The notes below the pieces were generated by a model. That model worked only from the letters and a program-made list of their open reading frames with translations, ran no database searches and was not told where the DNA came from. Position numbers and translations under genes: made by a program. From positions 1,768-65,767 of the forward strand of contig CAZAQI010000001.1 of NCBI GenBank assembly GCA_964487465.1: 64,000 nt of DNA. The letters run 5' to 3'. This DNA comes from an uncultured Candidatus Bathyarchaeia archaeon (lineage in GTDB: Archaea; Thermoproteota; Bathyarchaeia; TCS64). This document shows, in pieces, positions 56,799-64,000 of the stretch; within the stretch, counting starts at the first letter, position 1, and each line of letters begins with the position of its first letter.

Positions 56799-57962
56799 AT
56801 GAACTCCGAGGATAGAACCATTATAGCCATATCAGCGAGCCACGGCATAATGCATGCCTATTTGGTACTTCTACCCGCAATGATACCCATACTAGGGGGG
56901 GAATTGGGTGATATAGCAACTGTTGGAATGCTAGCGAGCCTTGTTACATTATTCTATGGGTGGTTAAGTCTACCAGTAGGTTTCATCGCAGACCGCTTTA
57001 GTAAAAAAGATCTCATTATGGCTAGTATGCTTCTCTGTGGAGGGTCAAGTGTAATCATAGGATTATCCCCAAATATACCTGTAGCAGCTGTTGGTCTAAT
57101 CATCTTGGGAATAGGAGCAAGTCTATATCATCCATGTGGATACGCGCATATGAGCTTGGTTAGTGATGAGAGCCGAGGAAGATACATGGGAATACAGGGC
57201 CTTGGTGGGGATATGGGTATGGCGATAAGTTATCTAACCTCAAGTATATTGGGTTCTAGATTTGGATGGAGAATGACTTTCATCATATGGGGAGCCATTG
57301 GTATAATCATGGCAGTTATCGACCTGCTAGTCGCAAAAGACATTCCGTCGCCTATTCCAGAGGGGGGACATGTCGGACCGGTTGAAACCTTACGAAGAAT
57401 GTTTGGAACAGCGGATAGAACAACACTAATCTTGACCTTGGGGATAGTTGTCCTAAGCGGTATGCTTTGGACAGGCGTCTCAAGCTTCATCATGGCTTTT
57501 ATGGAGGAACAGAAAGGCGTGGCCTTTGTTATCGCCGGGGGTCTTAGCACCCTAAAATACACTGTGGGTGCTTTCGCCCAGATATTAGGGGGGGAACTCA
57601 GTGATAAATTTGGTAGAAAGAGACTGCTGCTCTTTGGATACGCGGGGTTTGCGTTATCTCTTATTGGTTTTATATTATCTCCGAGTAGTTTGCCTTTACT
57701 GGTATTAATCGTGGTAGTACTGGGCTTTACGTTCTTCATAACTCAAAGTCCTATGAACGCGCTTCTAGGAGATGTTGCTAGGAAAGATACTATAGGGGTA
57801 ACATATGGAGTAAACTTTACATTGAAATACGGGATCGGGTTTTTCACTCCTGCTATCGCTGGTTTATTAGCTAAGTATTATAGTTACTCCAGTGTATTCT
57901 ACTTCTTCGCAATCCTCAGCGGGCTAGCTTTTGGTATAACCCTGTTAATAAGAGAAGATTAG
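56799..57962 (+). CDS. MFS transporter
   Basis: 12-TM pattern. I prefer the start at MNSEDRT (56799). The ORF-track start at 56703 adds a non-hydrophobic leader. Confidence 0.7.
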   Translation: MNSEDRTIIAISASHGIMHAYLVLLPAMIPILGGELGDIATVGMLASLVTLFYGWLSLPVGFIADRFSKKDLIMASMLLCGGSSVIIGLSPNIPVAAVGLIILGIGASLYHPCGYAHMSLVSDESRGRYMGIQGLGGDMGMAISYLTSSILGSRFGWRMTFIIWGAIGIIMAVIDLLVAKDIPSPIPEGGHVGPVETLRRMFGTADRTTLILTLGIVVLSGMLWTGVSSFIMAFMEEQKGVAFVIAGGLSTLKYTVGAFAQILGGELSDKFGRKRLLLFGYAGFALSLIGFILSPSSLPLLVLIVVVLGFTFFITQSPMNALLGDVARKDTIGVTYGVNFTLKYGIGFFTPAIAGLLAKYYSYSSVFYFFAILSGLAFGITLLIRED

Positions 57963-58693
57963 AGGATGAAGGGAATTATCTCCTCAACACTCTCATAAAA
58001 ATCCGTCTCAGATAGTTTATCGATCTCTCCAATTGAAGCCTCAAGCTGATCATCAAAGTCTATGGACCCCAAATAATCTATTCCCAATTCCTCTAGATCG
58101 GATTGTACGTAATCAGACTCCTTCAGGACCATATTCTCCAAGACACCGGTAATAGATATCCCCATATCCTTCAATAACATAATCAACCTTCTTACGGATT
58201 GATAAGCCACCACGCTTGGAGTGGTTACTACTATGAATTCTAGTTTGGGTATTAATCTGATTGTATCTAGTGTCGCGTCTCCGATGCCGGGGGGCATATC
58301 TATTATCAAGTAGTCAAGTTCGCCCCATCGGGTTATGGCGAGGAGTTCTATTATGGCGTTGCTTACATCTTCGCCTCGGAGTGGAGCGGGTTCATCTAGG
58401 CTGTAATGAGTTATGCTCATGTAATGTAGGTTATGAGCTAGTGGGGGGATAATCCCGTATTCTTCCTCAGGGTATAGTCCATTTACACCTAGTATTACGT
58501 GGGTTGCTGGGCTTGTGAAGTCTAAGTCTAAGAGACCGACCTTGTAACCTTTATCTCTTAGATTTAAAGCTAGGCTTGTGGCGACCATGCTCTTGCCTAC
58601 GCCACCTTTGCCGCTACTTATGGCGATAACCTTGCCTACGTTATCAAATCGTTTCTCGATGATGTCTAGTCTTGGATCACTCATTTTTCTCAC
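57959..58693 (-). CDS. Mrp/MinD (NBP35) family P-loop ATPase, candidate MinD-type HypB / Fe-S carrier
   Basis: Deviant Walker A SSGKGGVGKSMVATSLALNL. It lies immediately downstream of hypA with a 17-nt overlap. MinD/Mrp-type HypB next to hypA is known in Thermococcales. Confidence 0.65.
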   Translation of the reverse strand: MRKMSDPRLDIIEKRFDNVGKVIAISSGKGGVGKSMVATSLALNLRDKGYKVGLLDLDFTSPATHVILGVNGLYPEEEYGIIPPLAHNLHYMSITHYSLDEPAPLRGEDVSNAIIELLAITRWGELDYLIIDMPPGIGDATLDTIRLIPKLEFIVVTTPSVVAYQSVRRLIMLLKDMGISITGVLENMVLKESDYVQSDLEELGIDYLGSIDFDDQLEASIGEIDKLSETDFYESVEEIIPFIL

Positions 58694-59081
58694 CTTTTAT
58701 CGTTGCTAACCAAACGCCTCTTCCTTCAATAACCTCAAAGTCGGGGCTTTCACATTCACCGCATTTTAGGTAGATATGGGCCATCTCTGGTACGAAGTGT
58801 ATGGCTTCTGAGACTTCCTCGGTCATACCCTGGGTTTTGAAGGTCCACTCGTTACCACAGTTACGGCACCTGAATTTTGCTGGCTGTGATTTCAATATGA
58901 ATTTTGCGTCCTCAAACAAGGATGTCTTGAGTTGTTCGAATGCGAACTCTAGAACATCGTGTTCAACTTGTTGAAGTTCTCCTATCATTACTACTACTTC
59001 TGTTACCTTTGTGAGATTGTTTTCCAAGGCGAATTTTCTCGCTGTGGATATTACTCCCTCTGCTAGCGCCCATTCATGCAT
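58677..59081 (-). CDS. hypA: hydrogenase nickel incorporation protein HypA
   Basis: MHEWALAEGVISTARKFA N-terminus and zinc ribbon CRNCGNEW...CGECESPDFEVIEGRGVW. I chose the start at MHEW (59081) rather than the longer ORF. Confidence 0.8.
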   Translation of the reverse strand: MHEWALAEGVISTARKFALENNLTKVTEVVVMIGELQQVEHDVLEFAFEQLKTSLFEDAKFILKSQPAKFRCRNCGNEWTFKTQGMTEEVSEAIHFVPEMAHIYLKCGECESPDFEVIEGRGVWLATIKGEKNE

Positions 59082-59149
59082 GGGGGTTTCTCCAAGCTGG
59101 TGAAATATAGGTGTTATTACGGGGTGAAGCTGGCGATAATTATTATTAG

Positions 59150-59175
59150 TATTACGTAGATTCATTTTAGTAATA
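59150..59175. promoter_or_regulatory. inverted repeat TATTAC-N14-GTAATA in the hypA/cooC-nikR divergent promoter region (candidate NikR operator)
   Basis: Perfect 6-bp arms with 14-nt spacing at 59150-59155 and 59170-59175. It is embedded in AT-rich DNA, so chance occurrence is quite possible. Confidence 0.2.
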
Positions 59176-59204
59176 TTTTTAATCAATGTGGGGGTGGAGA
59201 GGGT

Positions 59205-59933
59205 ATGAAACTACTTGTAGGGGGTAAAGGAGGGGCGGGTAAGTCCGCTGTATCCATTTTAATTGCTAGGGAATTATCTAAACACGGTAAAGCGATCTTG
59301 ATGGACGCTGATGAATCCAATAGGCTTTTACCAAAAAGCCTAGGCGTTGAATCTGTGGATACTATTGCCAATTATCTAGGAGGTAGATCACAGGTACGAG
59401 AAGGATTAGAGGATCATGTTAAGGTACACATGAGTAAGATCCCTGGAGACTATATCTCAAAAACCAAGGATGGAGTCACATATGTAGCCGTCGGTAAAAT
59501 AGAAGAATACGGTGAGGGTTGTGCTTGCCCCTATGGATTTCTTTCCAAAGAATTGTTAAAGAGAATAGAGCTTGAATCAGATGAGTGCTTGATAGTTGAC
59601 GCTGAGGCGGGTATTGAACACCTAGGAAGAGGCGTTGAAGAAGGAATAGATAGAATAATTGTGGTCATTGACCCTACTGCGGAGGGAGTTGCCATAGCTA
59701 AAAAGCTAGCGTCTGAAGCAGGACGAATTGGTAAACCCATTCATCTAGTGCTAAATAAGATGACCCCAGAGGTCGAGAAGGTTATGATGGAGAAGCTCGC
59801 GTCTGAGGGACTCAAACCGGATGCTGTGATTGGTTATGACTCTAAGATATTCCAGTCTAGTTTAAGGGGTGAAGAGCTAAAGGCTGGTGTAGCATCCGAA
59901 GCAATATCAAACTTTGTCGACTCAATTCTCTGA
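59205..59933 (+). CDS. cooC: CooC/AcsF-type nickel-insertion ATPase (MinD/ParA family with CxC motif)
   Basis: Deviant Walker A VGGKGGAGKSAVS and metal-binding EGCACPYG (C-x-C), which is characteristic of CooC-type maturation ATPases. Confidence 0.65.
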   Translation: MKLLVGGKGGAGKSAVSILIARELSKHGKAILMDADESNRLLPKSLGVESVDTIANYLGGRSQVREGLEDHVKVHMSKIPGDYISKTKDGVTYVAVGKIEEYGEGCACPYGFLSKELLKRIELESDECLIVDAEAGIEHLGRGVEEGIDRIIVVIDPTAEGVAIAKKLASEAGRIGKPIHLVLNKMTPEVEKVMMEKLASEGLKPDAVIGYDSKIFQSSLRGEELKAGVASEAISNFVDSIL

Positions 59934-59944
59934 GTTGTGAAAGC

Positions 59945-60346
59945 ATGACAAGTGGAGTCTCAAGAATAAGCGTATCAATAGACCCCGATCTACTGACTGA
60001 ATTCGATGAGCTTGTGCAGAGGATTGGATATAATCGTTCTAGTGCAGTACAACTAGCTATGAGGGGTTTCTTGACTGAACATAAGTGGAAGGATCTTGAA
60101 GGCGTTTTAGCTGGTGTAATAACAATGATTTACGATCACCACACAGGGGGGATAATGGAAGAGTTGACCCATCTTCAACATGATTATACGGATATCATCA
60201 GTTCTTCAACACATATCCACTTGGATCATCATAATTGCCTTGAGATCCTAGCTGTGAAGGGGAAAGCATCTCAGATCAAAAAGTTGGCTAACGCATTGGA
60301 GGTTACTCGTGGACTTAAGCAGATACGTGTATCTATGATGCAGTAA
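59945..60346 (+). CDS. nikR: nickel-responsive transcriptional regulator NikR
   Basis: N-terminal ribbon-helix-helix RISVSIDPDLLTEFDELVQRIGYNRSSAVQLAMRGF. C-terminal metal-binding domain with HxxxxxH...H...C residues (HLQHDYTDIISSSTHIHLDHHNCLEIL). Confidence 0.8.
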   Translation: MTSGVSRISVSIDPDLLTEFDELVQRIGYNRSSAVQLAMRGFLTEHKWKDLEGVLAGVITMIYDHHTGGIMEELTHLQHDYTDIISSSTHIHLDHHNCLEILAVKGKASQIKKLANALEVTRGLKQIRVSMMQ

Positions 60347-60365
60347 CTCTTTCACTTTTTTCACA

Positions 60366-60617
60366 GTGAATATAGTTGAAAAATACTTAGATCTATTTCA
60401 TGATGTGAAGCTTGGTTTCAACTGGTTCACAGTTAATCTAGTAGTCGTGTCGGTATTGACAGTTTTCACTGAAATCTTGTTCCTGAACTATTTTCGTTAC
60501 AGACAGGGGTATATTGTGGCTTACTGTTACCTACTGTGGACACTGGTGACGTGGTATTATTTGATGCATGTTAGGATAAAAGCCGCAGTAAGGGGATTAC
60601 TGGAGAACAATAGATAA
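60366..60617 (+). CDS. small membrane protein (2 TM), hypothetical
   Basis: 83 aa, hydrophobic, directly after nikR. Confidence 0.3.
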   Translation: MNIVEKYLDLFHDVKLGFNWFTVNLVVVSVLTVFTEILFLNYFRYRQGYIVAYCYLLWTLVTWYYLMHVRIKAAVRGLLENNR

Positions 60618-60647
60618 AAATCGCCGCAGATATCAGTTCGCTATCAT

Positions 60648-61073
60648 ATGAATGAGTATCTAAGAGCACTTGAGGAGACAGGTAACAGTCTCATGGTGTA
60701 TAAGGAAGGAGAGCTTATTTTTGAGAGCAGCCTCGGTGGGATTAGACCTCACTTGGTGGCCATTGATAAGCTGGGTCAAGAGTTGGAGGGGACGCTGATG
60801 GTGGATAAGATTCTCGGACGGGCGGCGGCGTTTCTTGTTATCTATAGTAAGGCTGCGGAGGCTATCGGTGCCATTGTGAGTACTCCGGGTAAGCTTGTCT
60901 TGGAGGAGTATGGTTTGAGGTTTAGTTACCGAGAGGAAGTTCCACATATTAAGATGGAGAACGGTGTTATCTACTGCCCCTTTGAGCGTATGGTTCAGGG
61001 CATTCATGACCCGGTTGAAGCCTATGAGGCTATCGTGGAGAAGATGCGAGGTTTGCAGGGTTCTTCCTCATAG
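60648..61073 (+). CDS. DUF1893 (TM1506-like) domain protein
   Basis: MVYKEGELIFESSLGGIRPHL...DKILGRAAAFLVIYSKAAEAIGAIVS...CPFERMV matches the DUF1893 pattern as I recall it. Confidence 0.45.
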   Translation: MNEYLRALEETGNSLMVYKEGELIFESSLGGIRPHLVAIDKLGQELEGTLMVDKILGRAAAFLVIYSKAAEAIGAIVSTPGKLVLEEYGLRFSYREEVPHIKMENGVIYCPFERMVQGIHDPVEAYEAIVEKMRGLQGSSS

Positions 61074-62229
61074 AGCGTATGGCGGGTAATGCACCGAGGT
61101 TTAATGCGGCGCCTAACAAGAATATGGTACCATAAGGTAAAAACACGGTTAGTATACCTGCTGCTACGCTGCCTAAGGTGCTACCTAGGCTGAATACGCT
61201 GGATAGGTAGCTTATGCTTATGGTCTTAATCTCTGGCTCCACGAGGTCTGTTAGGAATGCCCACTCTGAGACGGCTCTTGTACCCCAGCAGAGCCCGTAT
61301 AATGCCATGGATAGGGCTAACATGGTTGGGTTTCCCGTGGTGGCGATGATTAAAAAGCTGACTACTAGTAAGCTGTAGGCTGCATATAGTAGGGGTTTTC
61401 TCCCTATCTTGTCGCTGATGTTTCCTGCCGGGAAACGTGCAAGGGTGTTTGTGAAGCCGCGTATTGTGAAAAGTAAAGCGATGGTGGAGTCACTGAGTCC
61501 TAGTTGATTTGCTGCGTATATACTGAAAAGTGCTAGGAATATGGCTTGAGCTGTGCTGAAGCTGGTGCGACAGTAGCTTAGGAGAAGGACGTTACGGTTT
61601 TTGAGTATCATCCTCATGGATTCGTTCAAGGGTATCGTGGGGGGGTTTGTTTTTTCTTGTTCTCGGATGTTCTGGGGCGCCATAAATATTAATAATATTA
61701 TGCCGATGCTGGGTACTGCTCCAGCTAGTAAGAATAATCTTGTATAGCCTAAAGGTTGTATGAGCCATGAACATATGGCTGGGCCTAGGAGCATTCCGAG
61801 GCCTAGAAATGTTAGGTATCGTCCCATTGCATCGCCTTGTCTATGTGTTGGCGCTGCGTCGCTTACTGTACTCATAGCGGTCTGGTTGAAGCTACTGGCG
61901 GATATGCTGTTGAATAAGATCACTAACATTAGTTGTTTGAAGGATTGAGCGGGTATGAAGAGAAGGGTGCCTACACCACTTATGATTAGACTTATTATTA
62001 GGCTTCGTATTCGTCCTATTTGCTCTATTAAACCACTTATGGGGATCCTTAGTATTAATGGGATGAAGCTTTGGACACTGAGGAGAACGCCTAGCTGGAC
62101 CACGGTTATCCCCTTGCTCGTAAGGAATAGACTGTATATGGGCTGGGTAAGTGTGAAGTTTAGTACGAAGGTGGTGGATGAGAGCATAAGTGCGTATAGT
62201 CGTTTGTTGTAGCCGCTCGTTGTTTCCAC
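61030..62229 (-). CDS. MFS transporter
   Basis: 12-TM hydrophobicity pattern with MFS-like loops (GRIRSL, GRKPLL). Confidence 0.7.
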   Translation of the reverse strand: METTSGYNKRLYALMLSSTTFVLNFTLTQPIYSLFLTSKGITVVQLGVLLSVQSFIPLILRIPISGLIEQIGRIRSLIISLIISGVGTLLFIPAQSFKQLMLVILFNSISASSFNQTAMSTVSDAAPTHRQGDAMGRYLTFLGLGMLLGPAICSWLIQPLGYTRLFLLAGAVPSIGIILLIFMAPQNIREQEKTNPPTIPLNESMRMILKNRNVLLLSYCRTSFSTAQAIFLALFSIYAANQLGLSDSTIALLFTIRGFTNTLARFPAGNISDKIGRKPLLYAAYSLLVVSFLIIATTGNPTMLALSMALYGLCWGTRAVSEWAFLTDLVEPEIKTISISYLSSVFSLGSTLGSVAAGILTVFLPYGTIFLLGAALNLGALPAIRSMRKNPANLASSPR

Positions 62230-62321
62230 CTTTTCTCTTGTTGCTATCTGTTGGGAGATAAATCTTGTGGGGTCGATGGTTTTAAGAGTCTGTGCGCTGA
62301 TTTTTTTGGATTCATGGCTAG

Positions 62322-62996
62322 GTGTCTAGTTTGTTTGATGAGGTGATAAAATACACGGAGTTGATTGGGGATAAAGAATTGCGTGGTAAAGTATTGAAGT
62401 TTCTAAGGGATCCTCCTTCGGATATTGATGCACCATGTTTGTCTTTGAGTGTTTGTCCTGCAGGGGCTTACCAACATCATAGCTATGCGGGTGGACTTCT
62501 GGAGCACACCGCATCCGTTGTACGTATCGCGTTGACGTTGTGTGATTTGGTTGAGGATTATTATGGTGGAGGGGTTAACCGGGATACTGTGGTAGCTGGT
62601 GCGGTTTTACATGATTTAATGAAGTGTTATTGTTATGAGGAGGATGAAAAGGGGGGTTTCCGTACAAGTGATTTTGGAGGTAAGGTGGATCACTTGTCTT
62701 TGATGGTGGGGGAATTGATGAAGCGAGATTTCCCGTTAGATGTAGTGCATGTAGTAGCAGGGCACCATGGAGATGCGGGGGCTACGAGGCCCAAGAGTCT
62801 GGAGGCTCTGGTGGTCTCTTTGGCTGATCTGGTGGACAGCGAGTTAAATAATAAGCTACTGCGGGCTGCAGAGTATTTGCTTCGTCGTTGCGGTGCAGAT
62901 CGGCCTAAGATGGGTAGCAGTAGGGAGGCTGTTAGGGTGATCTCGGCAAAGGATCATCAGGGCTGGGATGGAGTTAAGCGACTGGTTGAAAAGTAA
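62322..62996 (+). CDS. HD domain phosphohydrolase
   Basis: H...HD motif (HHSYAGGLLEHTASV...LHDLMKC) and later HHGD. Confidence 0.75.
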   Translation: MSSLFDEVIKYTELIGDKELRGKVLKFLRDPPSDIDAPCLSLSVCPAGAYQHHSYAGGLLEHTASVVRIALTLCDLVEDYYGGGVNRDTVVAGAVLHDLMKCYCYEEDEKGGFRTSDFGGKVDHLSLMVGELMKRDFPLDVVHVVAGHHGDAGATRPKSLEALVVSLADLVDSELNNKLLRAAEYLLRRCGADRPKMGSSREAVRVISAKDHQGWDGVKRLVEK

Positions 62997-63068
62997 ACCC
63001 TGTTAACTATTAATAACCGGGTTCCCGGGGGGAAAGGGTTAATTGGTGGTTTGTTTGGTTTCTTTTGA

Positions 63069-63151
63069 GCAGCCGTGACAGAGTGGTGATTGTGCTGGTC
63101 TCGAAAACCAGTGGCCTTTGAGCCTCATGGGTTCGAATCCCATCGGCTGCG
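63069..63151 (+). tRNA. tRNA-Ser (anticodon CGA), class II
   Basis: Acceptor GCAGCCG/CGGCUGC, 3-bp D-stem, anticodon stem CUGGU/ACCAG with loop CUCGAAA, long variable arm, T-loop UUCGAAU, discriminator G. Followed by ttcttttttt. Confidence 0.85.
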
Positions 63152-63161
63152 TTCTTTTTTT
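63152..63161 (+). terminator. oligo-T tract immediately after tRNA-Ser
   Basis: ttcttttttt directly 3-prime of the discriminator base; a typical archaeal termination signal. Confidence 0.4.
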
Positions 63162-63538
63162 GACGTGGAGTTAGTAGAAAGAGGTAGCTTGGGGTGATGA
63201 GGAGTGGCGTGGTGGACATAATTTGTATTGGATTCAGGGATGTTTTCATCGCAGCTACGACTATGGTGATATACTCTAGGCTAGTTTCTCTTAATAGAAA
63301 ACACTTTGAAAGAGATAAGGGCTTGAAACTCGTTTAGGCCTAGTTAGAGGTTTTTTGCGAGCTATGTTAGAGCTGTAAGCTTGTTTTTCATTTTGTTTTT
63401 TGTGTTCATGATCCATGAGAACAGATGGGTTATAGAGAAACAATCTTGTATAAGCTTACCTTGACTGATGTAGATTGAAGAGTGTTTATTAATTCTATGA
63501 ATATATAATGAAAAAAATAAATTGGGGTAATTTTTTTG

Positions 63539-63727
63539 TTACTCTAGTTCTTCTAGTTTTTCCTTAACTGCTTCAAGTTCTTTCTCCAAGCTGTCAAGGT
63601 ATTTTTCCAAGAGTCCCTTCTTTTCTTCTTTGGTCAGGTATCTCCTATGGTGCGTACAACCACATCGCCTTTTGTGGTGGTGCCCACACCCGCATCGTTG
63701 TCCATGATGTTCGCACATATTTTTCAC
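63539..63727 (-). CDS. small His/Cys-rich protein with coiled-coil tail (putative metal-binding)
   Basis: 62 aa: MKNMCEHHGQRCGCGHHHKRRCGCTHHRR, then LEKYLDSLEKELEAVKEKLEELE. Confidence 0.4.
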   Translation of the reverse strand: MKNMCEHHGQRCGCGHHHKRRCGCTHHRRYLTKEEKKGLLEKYLDSLEKELEAVKEKLEELE

Positions 63728-63803
63728 TGCTCAATACTATAATATTTATATCATTTAAACTATCAAGTTTATAGTAACATAGTTACTTCAGGATATGATA
63801 GTA

Positions 63804-64000
63804 ATGAATCAAAAAGAACACATATGTTTCTGCCCCATTGAGGGCGTAATAGATGTAATAAGCAAGAAATGGGCTCTCCTTATAGTTAACACTCTTGGAA
63901 ACTTCCAAGTACTGAGATTTAACGAGTTGGAATCTAAGCTTAAAGGCATAAGCCCAAAGACCCTCTCGGATACACTTTCTAAGCTCCAGTCAATTGGCTT
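63804..64000 (+). CDS. HxlR-type winged-helix transcriptional regulator, 5-prime part (runs off window end)
   Basis: CPIEGVIDVISKKWALLIVNTLG...RFNELESKLKGISPKTLSDTLSKL matches the HxlR/DUF24 HTH pattern. Confidence 0.6.
   Translation, partial: MNQKEHICFCPIEGVIDVISKKWALLIVNTLGNFQVLRFNELESKLKGISPKTLSDTLSKLQSIG

Noticed and set aside
63010-63249. 79-aa ORF on the minus strand
   Set aside because: It covers tRNA-Ser(CGA) and its flanks, so it is an artefact.
1-64000. CRISPR arrays, IS elements, transposases, integrases, prophage genes, rRNA
   Set aside because: No regularly spaced direct repeats, no transposase/integrase-like ORFs and no rRNA-like stretches were seen on reading the whole window. 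The AT-rich stretch at 31-37 kb has no flanking repeats, integrase or tRNA target, so I report it as an accessory region, not a mobile element.

Overview
This 64 kb window looks like a gene-dense archaeal chromosomal segment. The evidence is archaeal class-III signal peptide pilin, aIF2-alpha, ribosomal proteins L44e/S27e, Nop10, PriS/PriL, HypA, NikR and CooC. There is no rRNA, no CRISPR array and no recognisable transposase or IS element.

I call about 80 protein genes and 5 tRNAs: His-GTG, Leu-GAG, Val-CAC, Thr-TGT and Ser-CGA. Core content is:
- the 3-prime end of gcvPA followed by gcvPB;
- a divergent LivKGF / LivHM branched-chain amino-acid ABC transporter;
- a conserved information-processing block on the minus strand, PriL-PriS-Gins51-like ... 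L44e-S27e-aIF2alpha-Nop10. The 56-aa Nop10 has a TTG start and is absent from the ORF track;
- a KDG aldolase/kinase pair, several peptidases (M20, two M24, M19, C26-like) and a CopB-type P1B ATPase;
- a nickel-handling module: HypA plus Mrp/MinD-type ATPase facing CooC plus NikR;
- a Na/Pi cotransporter followed by two PhoU-like (DUF47) paralogs, two MFS transporters and a ZIP transporter.

The most unusual loci are:
- a compact three-gene operon at 43.1-46.5 kb. It encodes a hinge-less 684-aa SMC-like ABC ATPase with a Gly-Pro apex exactly at its midpoint, followed by a ScpA-like kleisin and a tandem winged-helix ScpB/kite-like protein. This is a miniature condensin-like or Wadjet/Mks-like module;
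- a stand-alone 304-aa Spo11/Top6A-like protein at 23.6 kb, with an R-x-L-Y-Y tyrosine motif and a Toprim DxDPxG motif, but no Top6B partner in the window;
- an AT-rich accessory stretch at 30.9-37.2 kb. It holds several unknown genes, a TIGR04076-like protein, a radical-SAM/SPASM enzyme and a LuxE/PaaK-like adenylating enzyme with a C-terminal zinc ribbon.

Three genes appear to be interrupted by single-base indels inside C or G homopolymers: a rubredoxin, a D-2-hydroxyacid dehydrogenase and a DUF3795-like Cys-rich protein. That pattern fits either pseudogenisation or, more likely, homopolymer sequencing or assembly errors.

All calls rest on reading the sequence and on my memory of protein families. 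No database search was run.
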